A DNA stretch of 63,159 nucleotides, the filler included, from Reticulomyxa filosa (taxonomy: Eukaryota > Protista > Foraminifera), in assembly GCA_000512085.1 (NCBI GenBank). It is 21 parts of 21 records of this genome, joined end to end, with 100 filler letters (N's around TTAATTAATTAA, not from the genome) between each part and the next. Parts side by side here need not be neighbours in the genome. Positions count along the whole stretch, not along the records: positions 13,683 to 16,591 come from ASPP01024137.1; positions 16,692 to 20,887 come from ASPP01014550.1; positions 20,988 to 22,133 come from ASPP01038547.1; positions 22,234 to 23,738 come from ASPP01025888.1; positions 23,839 to 29,925 come from ASPP01023567.1; 16 more parts are not named here. One strand, 5' to 3'. Positions 13,583-27,700 of the stretch are shown piece after piece. The translations under genes were made by a program, and so were the position numbers. The notes beneath the pieces were generated by a model. It was not told the origin of the DNA. It saw nothing but the letters and a program-made list of their open reading frames with translations, and ran no database searches. Within the stretch, counting starts at the first letter, position 1; each line of letters begins with the position of its first letter.

Positions 13583-13682
13583 NNNNNNNNNNNNNNNNNN
13601 NNNNNNNNNNNNNNNNNNNNNNNNNNTTAATTAATTAANNNNNNNNNNNNNNNNNNNNNNNNNNNNNNNNNNNNNNNNNNNN
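13583..13682. other. Artificial contig-joining spacer (first of 20)
   Basis: N44-TTAATTAATTAA-N44, which stops all six frames. The same spacer occurs at 16592, 20888, 22134, 23739, 29926, 32517, 34254, 35941, 37841, 40239, 42389, 45964, 48210, 50276, 51755, 52889, 54948, 58674 and 62041 (100 nt each). Adjacency across spacers is not biological evidence. Confidence 0.98.
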
Positions 13683-13953
13683 CTAGAACCAGATATTATG
13701 TACAACTTTGTTGATGTTCCTTTTATCAAAAAAAAACACAAACATTCTATCTAAATGTAAACAAGATAGTCTCTTTATTTAGTAGAATATACTTTTAAGC
13801 CATTTTAAAAATATTATTGCAATCGGTTTCATTTTATCACATAACAATTTTTGCTTTTTCAATTTTTTTTTTTTTTTCCCTTAAAATTGTGTAAAGTGTA
13901 ATTAGCTTCGTTTCTTGACCAGTGATACACTTGAAATCAATATAAAACTAAAT

Positions 13954-14686
13954 ATGGGTGCCAGTTGTTGTACTGAAGATCAAAGACCGGTGTTGCGTAT
14001 CCATTTAAAAAGAGGAGAAGACATACCCGCCGAGGATGCTAATGGTGAATCGGACGCATATGTAATTTTTAATTACGGTGATTTGGAGCATAACCGCTTT
14101 GAAATCAAAAAGTCCAAGGCGATTACCACCAAAGGAGGCAACTGCACGTGGAATGAAACCATAGAATTCCTTTTTGGTATGTTGTTTGTTCAAGTACTTG
14201 TACAAAGAACCAAAAAACAAAAAGAATTTTTTTGAGTATACGTAGTTAACTCGTTGATATTTGAAGCTTAATCATTCTTCATGCACGCAAGCTTTTTTTT
14301 TTTTGAGAAAAATTGTGGTTTTTTTTATATTTCGCAATTTAAAAAAAAAAGGTGGCCTGGAAAGTATACAAGACGTTGAAATCAAATTGATGGACCATGA
14401 TGTGCTAAAAAATGACGATTACAGTGGAAAGAGTTATATTTTTCATGGGAGAGATTCTCGTAATCCAAAAAACACAGCGACAGTGCACAAAAAAAAAGTC
14501 AACAAAAATGAAGAGGCAAAATACTTTTTGCCATTGGAGTGGAATGTGGAACAATCATATACGATTGCCATTAAAAATGAAGAGGGCTTGGAAGCTGGGA
14601 GATTGCATTTGACTATTGTGTTAGTCAATCACCAAGCCCCTATTGTCACCGAAGAAGAAAAAGGATTGCTTCATCACGAAGAATAA
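13954..14686 (+). CDS. C2-domain protein with N-terminal MGASCC acylation motif
   Basis: Reads LRIHLKRGEDIPAEDANGESDAYV...CTWNETIEF...IKLMDHDVLKNDDYSG, with Ca-binding Asp residues present. Intron at 14177-14351. Confidence 0.88.
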
Positions 14687-15469
14687 ATCAAAATACTGTT
14701 TTCCTTTCCTGCATCACTTTTCAAGAAACTTTGCTCTAAATTGGTCATAGGTAAATCATTGTTGACTTTTTTTTGTTTGTTTCAGGACGCGTTGATAACA
14801 TTATAACGAGGCGGAGGGAAGGTCATTTGTCCATATTTTGCTAATGTCACTAAAGAAATATGTTCTCTTTCACAGAAATAAACTTTCTTGAAAAATTGTC
14901 ATTTCAGCTTTTTAAATAAGGCGCAACTCTAGGTGCTTTTTTGCGTAAAATGCTATCTTATGTTCATTATATATTTTTCGGCACTGCACATGGCTTTCTT
15001 TTGCTATTTTTCCGTTTTAAAAAATTTTAAAAAGCGAAACAGCAAAAAAAAGAAAACGTTTTTCGGGATCATTTAACGTGCCTAAAAAAATTCTTTGCAT
15101 ATTAAAATATTAACAAACTTGTCTTTGCGTACTATGTCATAGATTTACAATTTGGATTATTTTAACACTTACTCCATTGACGGTCAAGCGAAAAAATTAA
15201 AGGCAAGTTAAAATTGACAATTATCCCGAAAGATTATCAACCCCATACATAACCAGAACACTCCCCAATTAAGTCCCATCACTAAAATCGACAACATAAA
15301 AAAAATAAAACAGACAAGGAAAAAAATAACGAAACAAAAAAACAACCAAACATTTGCATGTGAGTAAAAATCCATTTCACCTTGCGAAAATACAACACTT
15401 GAGATACTTTGTACAACATAAAAACACAAAAAAAACACCGTGAAAAAATAAAAATAAAGTATTTTATTT

Positions 15470-16545
15470 TTTTTCTCAATTCTTTACTCATTTTATAGAG
15501 ATTATCATCAGTAATTTTCTCTAACAAGGCCCACTCTTTAAAAAGTAATGCTTGGTAATCAAATTTCTTATGAAAACTATACTTTTGCTTTTTATTGTCA
15601 AATATCAAAAAAAAAACAATGATAGATTGGCTTAGGCAAAATATGGAGAAAACGATAGTAAAAGGCTAACTCGTGAATAAGATCGAAATCTTTCCGCCCT
15701 ATCAGCCAGATGTAGTAATTTGTTATAATTGATGGATTGATCTGGTAAAATGTATTCCTCTAACTCTTCAATCCGGAAAAATTGTTTGCAAAATAAAGCT
15801 AAATAAGGAATAGCGGGCGAAGGGGCTTTTTCTTGTTGATCAAAAAACTCTGTTTTTTTCCAATTGTCAAATAAATTGCGAAAATCTTCATATTTTTTAG
15901 TTTCGCAGCGATTCAACTGGTTCCAAGGTAAATTTGCGATCACATTCATTGTCAACGCGGAATGGATAGCAGCCAACGTGTTGAAATTTCTTATTTTTTG
16001 GCAATGCTTTCAACCAGGTATAAAAACAAACAAACAAAACTTCGTACATGCATACCGTATATTATATGCACACGTACATCTAATTTTTTTATTTTTTTTT
16101 TTCAATGTTCCGTGCGTGTACATATACGTATAAATATATATGCCAGAGTTGCACAATAGAGAATCGATACCAAAGCAATGTCAATAAAACGGAGAAGAAA
16201 ACGACAGCGACGAGTAGCTTTATGTTCGGTCAATAAAGTATATTGGACCCACCTGACTTCTGTGTTGTACTGTTCAATAAACTTGCAAATATTGGGCGCA
16301 TGTATCCATTTGGAAGACTCTTGTTTCCAAGCTTTTTGAAAAAACTCACGTGGTTGAATTTGTGAAAACACGTGACAACTCATTAGCGTAATTTGCTGCG
16401 CCAATTCTTTGGCATCCAGCAGAATCGCAACAAAGCGTCTCGGAAAATAAGGCTCATACTTTTCCAGATACAAAAAGCGATGCGCAAATTCCTGAACTTT
16501 TGGGGGCGTTTTCGAAGTGTTACCAACCGCTGATCTTTGTATGTC
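15470..16545 (-). CDS. RasGEF (CDC25) domain protein, 5'-partial
   Basis: Reads ELAQQITL...IQPREF...APNICKFIEQYN...RFIDIA..CQKIRNFNTLAAIHSAL...PAIPYL...INYNKL...DDNLYKMSKEL. The stop position is uncertain. Confidence 0.92.
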
Positions 16546-16549
16546 CGTT

Positions 16550-16584
<35 letters not shown>

Positions 16585-16795
16585 CAAAAAANNNNNNNNN
16601 NNNNNNNNNNNNNNNNNNNNNNNNNNNNNNNNNNNTTAATTAATTAANNNNNNNNNNNNNNNNNNNNNNNNNNNNNNNNNNNNNNNNNNNNAAAAAAAAA
16701 AAAAAAAAAAAAAAAATGGACAGATGAATATGCAAATGTGTGTAAGATTGACAACACAAATAAATAAAATAAATAAAAAGGGGAAATGATTGTTG

Positions 16796-18060
16796 TTATC
16801 GAACTTGAAGTTCTGTTTCTAACGATTGGATTTGATTGATTAGCTGAGTCATCTTTTTTTTTTTTTTTTGTTTACTTGAAAGCGTTGGTTCTATTTGCTC
16901 TCTGCATATTTTTGTCCACGTCCCTACACATGGAGAAAAAAAAAAAAAAAAGAATACAAAATGCACATGCTCTTGGAATGGTTCCAAATGTTGTGTTCCG
17001 GATAACGGTTTTATAGGCGCTTGGATTTTGCTCACAATCTGCGCTAAGTCTTGGCGCATTGCGTCTATCTATTTATTTACGTTGGATTTATTATTGCTGC
17101 TTTTCTTGTCATCTTTTTTTTTTTTTTTAAATATTATCTCTTTTTTTTTGTTGTTGTCGTTATTGTTGCTATCACGAACCAATTCAATCTGTTCTAGACT
17201 CTGCTTTTCTTTGCTTGATTCGCTGTCAGCCAATAATTTCAATCTTTGAGCCTGACCCAGTGCTTTTTCAGTGTCTGACAATTTATTTCTAGTTTCATCT
17301 ACTTGACCTTCTAACAACATCACTTGTCCATTAAGCTCAATCAGCCATTCTTCCAGTTGGTTGTGGAGATTATCTGCGGACATTTGAGACATTACTATCG
17401 ATTCTAAAACTCTTCTTGAAGCGTTTTCATTTACACTTCCCAAACGCAAGTACAAAACATCTGATGAAACTGTGTTAAAACATTACAAAAACATATATAA
17501 CAGTAAACGTGTAATGTTTATTTGAAGTGAGAATTTGTCAGCATAGCAAAATGTATTTGTTATTATGTTTTTTTTTGAATTATCTAATGTGATCATTTTT
17601 TTATGAAAAATTTCAGCAAAATAACTTAAAGACTGCAATACGATTAACTTTAATTGTATGTACTTGTCGTCAACCACAGAGGGGCACTCTCATAGATTTT
17701 TTTTTTCCCTTTTTTTTTTTAAAAAATGGCAACGATTGGTAAAGGAGAAATGCTTTGTGAGTCTGTGGCACATGAGCATAAAGTTTAATGTAGAAGAATG
17801 ATCGCGTTTTTGTGTTGGAGACTAAGTTTTCGTGACATGTTTGTTGTTCAGTACACAAAAAAAGCAAAAACATCAGTGTCAACGAATAACAACGAAAAGA
17901 CGTTTGCATATCTGTGTCTGTCACACAAAAGATATTATTCTTGTCATAGTGTAAATGGGTATATATGTGTATAGATAGATAAAGATTAGCACATCAAAGT
18001 GCTCAATATTGCCAATCCACATTTGAACTAGCCGTATGGCAAACTTTTGGAAGGGCATTA
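16796..18060 (-). CDS. Hypothetical helical/coiled-coil protein fragment
   Basis: Spliced ORFs 17069-17455 and 16796-17059 have heptad-like sequence. No family recognised. Confidence 0.5.
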
Positions 18061-18939
18061 AAAATTTTGTTCAAAAGAGAATAATACAAATGTGTAATGG
18101 CGGTATTGAACTAGAAATGCCTAAATTTGAGAAGTTTGTTAACGTATACAAAACAAATAAAAACATTACTGTTGTGACACTTTTTTTAGTGTGTCGTCTA
18201 TTAATAACTTTTTAAAAATAAATTTTGCTAGATTTGATAACTAGCTTTTGACGTGTTGTCCTGGCCAGGTTTGGTTTATGAACTTGGAAAAATTGCATAA
18301 ACATTTGTCATAGCACATATCTCTGTTTATTATAAAAATGTTATACAGCAATAAATTTTGTTCTTTTTTTAGATTTAGTTTCTTCTTTTGACTGAGCCGA
18401 AGGTTGAAACGACTATTTTGGATGTAAAATGTTCAAATGGCGAAAGGCTTGATTGTTAAAAAAACCAAAAAAAAGGAAAGGGTAGTGGAGACAATGGTCA
18501 CTACATTTCCAAAAAAACAACGAATAAAAACAAAAACAAACAAAAGTAAAAACAGAAACAAAACAAATAAAGACATTTTTTGCATCTTTTCTTTTCAGCA
18601 TAGTGATAAGCTCAAGCATACACAAAAAAAAAGGATCAACAAAGCATTTTTTTTACTGTATTTAAATAATCCAAAAAAAACAAAATCAATGACTAGTAAA
18701 AAAAGACAAAAATAAACAAAAAAACAAAACAAAAACAAAAAGAGAAAAGATAAAGTTGTTATTTCAAGAAAAGAAAAGACAACCATAAAAAAATTGATTG
18801 AATAACATTCTTTTCCTTTCCTTTTTTTTTCTTGACAAACAAAAAAGAAAAAAAATTAACAAACAATACTCATCAAAAAAACCTTGTCTTTATTTTCGTT
18901 TTTTTTAATGGTTATCTGTTGTTATAATCTGTTTTCTTT

Positions 18940-20887
18940 TTATCGAAATTGTGACTGTTCTGAACCTTTTGTCATTTCATTTTCACTGACACTACTGTTT
19001 GTGTCTTCAACAACAGATTCAGAAGATAGAAAAGCTTTCTCTTTAACAGTTTGTACTGGTTTATTAGTGGCAGTGTTGGTAGTGGATGTTTTAGACCTCC
19101 AAACTCCGACGAATCTTTTTTTTTTCTTTGAAACAATATTTTGTGAGGTCACTTTTCCACTATTCCTGTATTCATCTCCATCAAATGTATCATTTTCATC
19201 TCCTAGCCATAATTCATCCTCTAAATCATCATCGTCATCTTCTTTTTCACTGTCACTTTCAAACAAATGTTCTCTTTGTTTGGACAATTTTTCACGTCCA
19301 ATCACCGCTGGGACTAACACTGAGGCATCCGTTTCTGAGAAAACTGCCGGCAGAGGTCCATCATGCACATCTACTTTCCCACCCAATGCAAATATCGCAC
19401 ACTTGAAATGAAACTCCAACAGCAAGGGATGGATCAAGAGCGAAGAGTATTGGATAAATTCTGTTAATGCAAAAAAATAGAGTTTTTTTTCCCCGTAATT
19501 ACTCCTTTTTTAAAACAACCAGTGAGCACTCTGTTTTGGAACTAACGCAACAAAGCATACATAAAAGGGAAAAAAACAAACAAACCTGGTAGGCTCAGCG
19601 CCGTTTTTTCTGCAATAAAATTTTGTGCTTCTTTACGCAACTCAGTGCCTGCATAAAATTTGTCAGCGAGATTCATCTATTCTCCCCCCCCCGGTCACAC
19701 AATGAAATACAAACAATTGCGTATTTTTTGACTTTTGTCACTTTGCTTTTCTTCCGCTTTATTGAATTTGTTTGTTTATAGAAAGAGACCTTTTCAATGG
19801 TTATAATGGGCAATGCACCAACTGCCTCCTTGTCATGTAGTTCGAATATTTCGATTACTTTGCGTCTTCGAAAATCTGACACCAACTTTTTATATTCCCC
19901 CCCCCTTTCAAACGTAATCATCATTGAAATGTACGCAAAAAAAAAAAAAAATTTTAATTGATGACGTACATGACCATACGGCCCTCCTTTCAAATAGATC
20001 TCAATGATCGGTCGATATTCTTCCAATTCGTGGTCAAACTCAGACAAATCAGTCTCCACTCCTGTCACGTATAACATGTTGAAATGTACGCACAATATAC
20101 AGATTTTGTCATTGTCATACCAAAAAAAAAAAAAAAAGTAATGTATACGTTAGCGAGACCGTGCTTAGTAATGGAAGCAAAAAAATGAATCATATTTGGA
20201 AAAAAAAAAATATGTATACAAAACTGGCAATTATTGCAACACGTTCTCTTTTTAATTGTTCAGCTACTTCAGCAGCTACTGGTACAGCTAATTATCCCAC
20301 CAAACAATAATATAACGGACACATGACAAAAAAAAAAAAAAAAAAGCCTTGCCCCATTCCGCAAATAATACAATCATCGGTAAGCCTTAAAATGCGGCGA
20401 GCTCTGACCAGAAAGGGTCGCAAGGCCTTTTTCTTGCGATCTGTGCTGGCGCTGACGTTGACACGATTGGTGTGAGGGGGCTGTCCCAACACAGGCACGC
20501 GACGAAAGCCGTCGATGGCCTTTGCAACTTGCATAGCCGGTGCGGGAGTGAGCCGATGCTTTCGGAGAGGAGCGATGGGTTGGGGCGGGGAGCTTGTATT
20601 GGAATAACCATCGTTATCACGTATCCTATTGATGGCATTGTAACCTCCAATGTACTGCGAATAGCCACAGGCATTACCGGCAGTCTGAACATGGCCGGTG
20701 CTCGAATTCACATTGAGCAACGGTGATAATGGAATGTAATCTCTCACAGGTGGTGCGTTCATTCCCGTTACGACGGAAAATACTTGGGAAGGTACACCAC
20801 CCACCACTCCACGGCCGACGAACGTGTAGCCATGCTGCTGCTGCTGCTGCTGTTGCTGTTGTTGTTGTTGTTGTTGTTGTTGTGCTA
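18940..20887 (-). CDS. Hypothetical multi-exon protein, 5'-partial
   Basis: Coding-like ORFs 20292-20807, 19673-20095 and 18940-19437 are linked by GT-AG introns and end in an acidic/basic tail. No family recognised. Confidence 0.55.
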
Positions 20888-20987
20888 NNNNNNNNNNNNN
20901 NNNNNNNNNNNNNNNNNNNNNNNNNNNNNNNTTAATTAATTAANNNNNNNNNNNNNNNNNNNNNNNNNNNNNNNNNNNNNNNNNNNN

Positions 20988-21018
<31 letters not shown>

Positions 21019-21059
21019 GGGGGGGGGGGGGAGGAGAGAGGGAAAGAGAGGAAAAGCAG

Positions 21060-22075
21060 TTGAAAACAAAAGAACACAAAACTGGGAGAAATAACGCTGA
21101 GACTATGCTTTCTTTTAGGTTTGCTGTACAAGGGTCGACCATCTTTTGGATCGATATCCGTAGCGTTTTTCTGCCAGTCCGTGGTGGCGATGGCAATATC
21201 GGAAGGAGTTTGGCGATGCGTCGGCCTGCCATTGCTCGGGGCCGCCTTTTTCTTGGCCAAGGGATCTAATATGTACTTCTGCACTGTCGACGCCGGCACT
21301 TCCACACTTTCTCGCGATCCTCGGGCGCGGTATGCGGGTCTGTTATCTTCCGCATCTTTTTTGCGAGCTTCACCAACAACTGTCATTGCACGAGACAAAA
21401 GAGGGGAGGGGGGAGAGGAGGAAGCAACCACACGCACATAAATTTTTTTTAATTATAAAAAAGTTCACTTCATGATCCCCCCCCTCACCGTGGCACATAC
21501 AATAGACAAATGCATAGTTAAACACATACATATAAACATATATATATGTATATATACATTTATATGTAAAATAGATACGTAACATTTGCTATGGGGAATT
21601 CCAAGATTGTTGGCTTGCTCGGTCGGCTGAAACAAAACAGGGGTGTTGTAACCGCTGCTGACTTGCTTAGTATCTTCGGCCTTGGAAGACGAGGAGATGC
21701 GAATATTGGATACATGACTGTTGTGGGTGCGAGAGTTGCGACCTGTTTTGTTTTGCTCTTTGGATTGGATTAGCGAGTGGATTTCGTCAATTGTGCTTTG
21801 CTCTAACGAAGAAAAGGCCTCGTCCGACACTCCAAATTGGCTGGCCCAATAGTTCACTTTGTTGTTCAATTTGGACAAGTCTTCCACTTTGTTCGCCGAC
21901 TCGTGGCGCAACTCGGCCATCTCGTTTTCCAGTTCTTTGCACTTCTTTGTCAGCGTCACGTTCGATGTACGCAACGACTCGTTCTCGTGCTGCAGCTCCT
22001 CGTATTTGCTTTTGTCCACAGCCGAGTTCTTGTTATGCTTTATTACTTCATATAATGATGCTACTTTGTCTAGTA
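21060..22075 (-). CDS. Coiled-coil protein fragment
   Basis: ORFs 21465-22019 (KYEELQHENESLR...ELENEMAELR) and 20997-21437 are GC-richer exons flanked by intron tracts. Confidence 0.55.
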
Positions 22076-22094
22076 ATTCTTCGGGCGGAATTAT

Positions 22095-22133
<39 letters not shown>

Positions 22134-22233
22134 NNNNNNNNNNNNNNNNNNNNNNNNNNNNNNNNNNNNNNNNNNNNTTAATTAATTAANNNNNNNNNNN
22201 NNNNNNNNNNNNNNNNNNNNNNNNNNNNNNNNN

Positions 22234-22332
22234 TTTTTAAAAAATTAGGTTTAAATCTTTATTTTTCATGGAGAAAACGATTCTCTTCATATAATGCCAT
22301 TTAGGTATGACAGTTTTTTTTGCAATATACTG
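22234..22332. mobile_element. Tc1/IS630-family element terminus (diverged TIR)
   Basis: Ends ...TTTTTGCAATATACTG followed by TA. The ~100 bp are similar to 31587-31682. Confidence 0.7.
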
Positions 22333-23533
22333 TATGACTGTCCAGAAGACTACATATATTGATGTAAATTGGTTTTGTATTTCATTTTATACAAAATAAA
22401 AAGTTGTTATCAAAATAAATGGTTGCAATACACAGGCTCGAAGAGCTTATGCGCGTATTTGGATGGCGGAGTGTATTGTCCAGTTGGTGCTAATCTGTTC
22501 AAAAAAAGGAAGGAAAATCATAAATATTTTTTAAAAAATATCATAATTATCCTTTTAGTACAACAAAAAAGAAAAACTGTTTATTCTTTTTGAAACATTT
22601 ATTATTTTGTATTCGTTGCTACACATTATCAACTTCACAATTGATAGCTTTCCGACTTTGATCATTCCAATTTGAAGCTGACGTAAAATCTCTTCAGTTA
22701 TTTCTTTTTCCATTACTACTATTATAATTGTGATGCAAGAGGCAATAAATTGGCAGTCTTTTTAGCATTCTATACTTCAAAAACAACTCCAGAAGTAGGA
22801 GAATGAAAACGCAAATACTCAAAGGATCTGTTTTTACTTATTTATAACTACAAGAACAGACAATGATCAAACAAGAAGCAAGCACAGATTTTGATTCGTG
22901 TATGCGACATATACACTGTAATCATACGAGGGATCCAAAGTTTTGTTGTTACGTTGTTTAGACTATCCAATCTCAAAAAAACAAAGCAATAAACAATAAA
23001 TAATTTAATGGGGCTCCAGTCAGTCCACCATTGGGGCAATACCTTTTTCGTGAGTTGCAAAGCTGACTCATTCATGTTTTTTATTCATCAATGGGTTGGA
23101 TTGATGTTGAACCTTAAGTTTTTAAAAGTTTTTCAGTGGATAAAAATTCGTTGTTGTTTTTATTTAAATGTTTTTTTCCAAATTTTTTAAGTGTTATAAG
23201 AAGGGATTAAAAAAATACAACGATCAATTTAATGTATTCGTTGTTGAGCCCGATAAATCTAAAATTTCAGCTGATTAAACAATCACTTGTAATTCTGGAA
23301 ACGCATATCTTCGCGCGTTCGTCAAAATAAACATCTTGGACAATAGCACTATTCTCGTGTCATGCATATTACCGTTGATCTACGTATGCCATTTTTGTTT
23401 GGGAAAAAAATTTTCTAACGCGATCAAATTTTAATTTTTGTTAACCTTTTAACTGAATTTTTTTGTAAATTTCTAAAGCAAGTTTCTGAACCTTCAAAAA
23501 AAAAAAGGGTTTGCTTTGAAGTTTACATTAATC

Positions 23534-23658
23534 ATGCTTGCACAACTTCAACAAAAGTTCCCCAACATGAATGAAGAGGTTGTCTTAAAGGCATGTAAAC
23601 TATGTTGTGAAAATGTTAACAAGACAAATGATGTCTTAACTTGGCTGACAGAGAACAC
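23534..23658 (+). CDS. First exon of a protein with a CUE/UBA-like N-terminus
   Basis: MLAQLQQKFPNMNEEVVLKACKLCCENVNKTNDVLTWL contains the CUE-like FP motif and is followed by a GTAA donor. Confidence 0.45.
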
Positions 23659-23838
23659 GTAACAATAATTTCTACACATTTTCTTTTCTTTTCATAAATG
23701 ATCATTTGGTTTTTTGACAATTATTGCATTATATATTTNNNNNNNNNNNNNNNNNNNNNNNNNNNNNNNNNNNNNNNNNNNNTTAATTAATTAANNNNNN
23801 NNNNNNNNNNNNNNNNNNNNNNNNNNNNNNNNNNNNNN

Positions 23839-24094
23839 TTTCCCAAATATCTTGTACTTCAACTGTGTCTTGTATGTCATCATACATTGAAGAGTAGTCG
23901 AATAGATTTGGCCATTCACCGTGCTCCTCTGTACTGTTTCTCTTCTTGTTTGACGTATGTCCTTTTCTTTTTTGAAATTGTGCTGACAGCTGAACACAGC
24001 AATTTTCGGTATACTGTTGAGGTTCGTCAAACAGTGGAGGAATTTTGTCCTGAGATTTGTAATACTCTTTCAATTTCTGCTTTGCGATTTCCAT
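23839..24094 (-). CDS. N-terminus of a probable NACHT/STAND-type family protein, 3'-partial
   Basis: KLKEYYKSQDKIPPLFDEPQQ...VEVQDIW resembles the segment preceding the P-loop in an expanded foraminiferan NACHT/HEAT family (recognised from memory). The P-loop itself is off the contig. Confidence 0.45.
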
Positions 24095-24760
24095 TTACTG
24101 TGTTTAACTCTAAATTAAACTTACTCAAATTTTTTCCTCTGTTTTTGCTACAAAAAGAGTGCGTATAAAATTTTGGACGAACTTAGATGGAAATTACAAG
24201 CTTTCCAAGATTTCCAAGCAATACACCCAAATTAGACTATTTATCCCTAGAACAAGACATAGTTTTTGATTCTCGGGTAAAATTCCACTCTACATAGAAT
24301 CCGATCTATGACTTTTTTCTAGACATGTGTGGATTGCAAAAAATGCCACTCCATGAAGATGATCGATTTCTCCATGAACCCCATCTTTTTCATGTCTGCA
24401 CATGTTGTAATTTTGAAATTGTTAACTTTTTTTGCTGCTGTGGACAAAAAGTTATCTCTACATTTTACAAAAATTAGAGGATACGTGGTTATTGCAAAAC
24501 CTCAAAGGCAGTTGTTTAAGTGTTACAGGTGTGCAGATACTTTTAAAAAATAGAATGAAATGTTTGTTTTCAACTAGAAACTTCATTTTTACAAGTAACG
24601 TTTTTTGTGTTCAATTTTTTGTGACGAGATAAAAAAAAATTTTACTAGTTTTTCAACTACTTTGTTGAACCAGTGAACGTTCACACAGTATAAATATTTG
24701 GATTATAATTTTCTCTCTTTATAATTTAAAAAAAAAGAAATAAACGATTTGCTTAGACTT

Positions 24761-27700
24761 TCAATAAATAGGAGTTTGAGCTTCTGAGCATACAGGACAT
24801 ATTTGAAATTCACTTACAAAAACATTCCAAGACTCTTTTTCAGCTTTGCAATGGCAATTTCTGCATTCTATTACCGATTGTTTTACCATACTTTTAGGTG
24901 ACAGAGGATATCCAGACACAGCGCATTGTTCATAGCAATATGTGCAATGCGGGCACTGAAGAGTTGCCTCAAATATTTGAGTCTGGCATTGAGCGCAAGG
25001 TTTTGTATCTAAAACAGGTTGTTCTTGCGTGACAATACTTTCGAGTACCCATTCACGGATACTTTCCACATAAGCGTCTGTGTAAGACATACGCAACATA
25101 CCTTTATCCTTGCACACGTACAACTTTTCTGGAGGTGGGATATCGCTGTGCAAGAAATCGCTATTGTCGATATCTGTCCAATTATTTGAGTCTTGAATTG
25201 CATCGTAAATATCAATGAAACGGTTCCAAAAAATAATGTAGCTCCTTTTTATTAATCGCTTTGCTGTATTTCCCACTGTCGTGAAATAATCTGTCACTTG
25301 GTAGCCGGTGTGCATATTTGAGCAGTGAATTGCTTAGCTTACAAAGGAGTGTCATTTTTTGCAATTTATTACCATTCACTGAAGCTTCTTTTGTGGGTTC
25401 AGTGCAAACTTTTTGAGTTGCCAACAAATGAAGGATGTTGTCATCTTCAAAGAGTGGGTTCCACTCGGAAGAGTTATTTGTATGGAACCACTTCACGATG
25501 GAGTGACTCAGTTTCTTCGACAGCACTATCGTTTCCGTTGGAATGTTTTGAATGTGATGAAACATTGCATCAAACAACTCATGGTAAAATTCCATGCATT
25601 GCATGTCCAATTGAACTCCATGCTTTTTTTTTTTTATAAAAAAATAAAATAATAATAATAAAAATAAATGGCAACAACACATTTCACTGTATACGTTGGT
25701 ACGCATACGTATAAAACAAATAATTTTTTTTTTTTTTTTAACGTGTCAAAACTTGAACTGCACTTTTGCATGATTCAATAATATCTTGCATTTTTTCATC
25801 ATTGAAAAAAGATTTCGCATGAACAAAAGCCTGTTTGGCAACATTGTCTTTGTCGTCACTTTGTGCAGCAATGGCATATAACTTGTCCCACTCTTGTTTG
25901 CTGGCATAAATATTTTGAGCCATTTTCAAATTGACTTGACTCAACTGGTTCAACTCGCCTTTTTCGATCAAATGTTTTTCATACTCGCTTGCAATCATTG
26001 CTGAATGCTCCGGTGCATACGTTTCGGCAACTTGTTGTGCTTTTTTGTACTCATTGCATTTAATATAACATTGGATTGCTCGCAAGTGCTGATTGATCTC
26101 CAACCAATACACTGCACTTTGCTTGAATTTTCCCAAATCATATAGTCGTTGCGCTATTACTGCAATTGTTTCCGGTAAATTAGACAATGCCTTTTCCATT
26201 GACAAATTCAATCCCTCTTCCCATAATCCAATTATATACTCGATGTCTTTGTGATGACTTGTACTAATTTTTAACAGCGTTTGCACTGCATCCTCGTAGT
26301 TTCCACTGTCTTTTAACAGCTGTGCTTGCTTCAGCAATTCTTCTAGTGATTGCGTTCCTTGCTCTTTCCCAATGTGAAAATTTTTTTCTACTGTTTCTGG
26401 TAAATATTTATTGGCTATTCGGATTGCTTCCGCGTTCTCGCCTCTTTCTTCGTATATTTTTATCAATATTTCAAAATCTTCGGCAAGTATCAACCATCTT
26501 TCGCATTCGACTATATTGCCTTCTTCCAATGCAGTAAGACCTCTGGCCTTGTAAATTTGATCTAAACAAAAAAAAAAAGCAAGTTAAAAAAAAAGGAGAT
26601 CTTTTCCAAAAAAAAAGAACAGTAAAATAACCTAAAATATCAGGAGCATAAATTTGGGCACTTCTGATCGCTTCATCCCACATTTGATGATTTAAATACA
26701 TTTCAACAATTTGATGAGGCTGGTTTGCAGCCACAAATTCTTCTTCCGCTTTGCTAAATTCATTTAATTTTTGCAAGTGTAAAGCGTATTTGTGGTGAAT
26801 TTCGTTAGCTTTATGTGGACATTGCTTTGCAGCAATTTGAAATGCTTTTTCAAAGTTGACTTCAACTTCCAATGTGTAATCTATGGCCTTGTCCACAAGA
26901 GATTTTTCAATAAGCATTTCTACTGCCAAATTATGATTTTGCAGACTGCATGCGTATTCATATGCAAGTTGTTTATAAATGTTTAATCCGCCTTGCGTTT
27001 TTCCAACACGCATTGCATCTTCCCACAATTTGTTTTCTTTATACATTTCCAGTGCTGAGTTCCATGACTATTAGTTTTGTTTTTTTTGGCAGTCTCTTAC
27101 AACGTTCAGCTCAATTTTTTTAAAAAAACTAACATTTGCTCGAATATAATGATATTCTGCTTGCTTAAATTCATTTTGTGCCCGCAATAACTTTGCAATG
27201 GTCAGTTGAACTTCAACTAAACGTGAGGGTTCGAATTCTTGAACCATTTCAAGCACTTTGGTGTACTGTGAGTGTTTGATCAGTAGTTCAATTGCCCGAT
27301 TGAGATCTTTGCAACAGAGTAACAACTTCACAGCTTCTTCTAATTTGTTTTCGTTTTCTAGTCGTTCAATTTCTTCTGCATACACAGTCTGCATCTCTGT
27401 TGTTAGATTACTTTTTAATTGTTTTTTTTGGACACAAACCAAGTCCGCTGTTGAGTTCCAGGGTATTTTTAAAAAAAAAGATGAGGCAAACTGAAGAGTT
27501 GCAATCCTCTTTGCTTCTTCAAACGCATCTTTCTGCAAAAACATCAAGATGCATTCTTTGACAAATCCTCCTTTAATGTAATACTTTTCAGCTGTTTTGG
27601 TAGCTGTGTACAAGTTAACGTTGTCATTGACAGTGGCGTAATAGTCGGCCACTTGTTTGTACAAACTCTTCAGCGAGATGTTTGCTTTCTCATTGTTGGA

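Noticed and set aside
15282-18060. Coiled-coil fragment and RasGEF as a single gene, and other cross-spacer gene clusters
   Set aside because: They are separated by artificial linkers, so linkage cannot be shown from this window.
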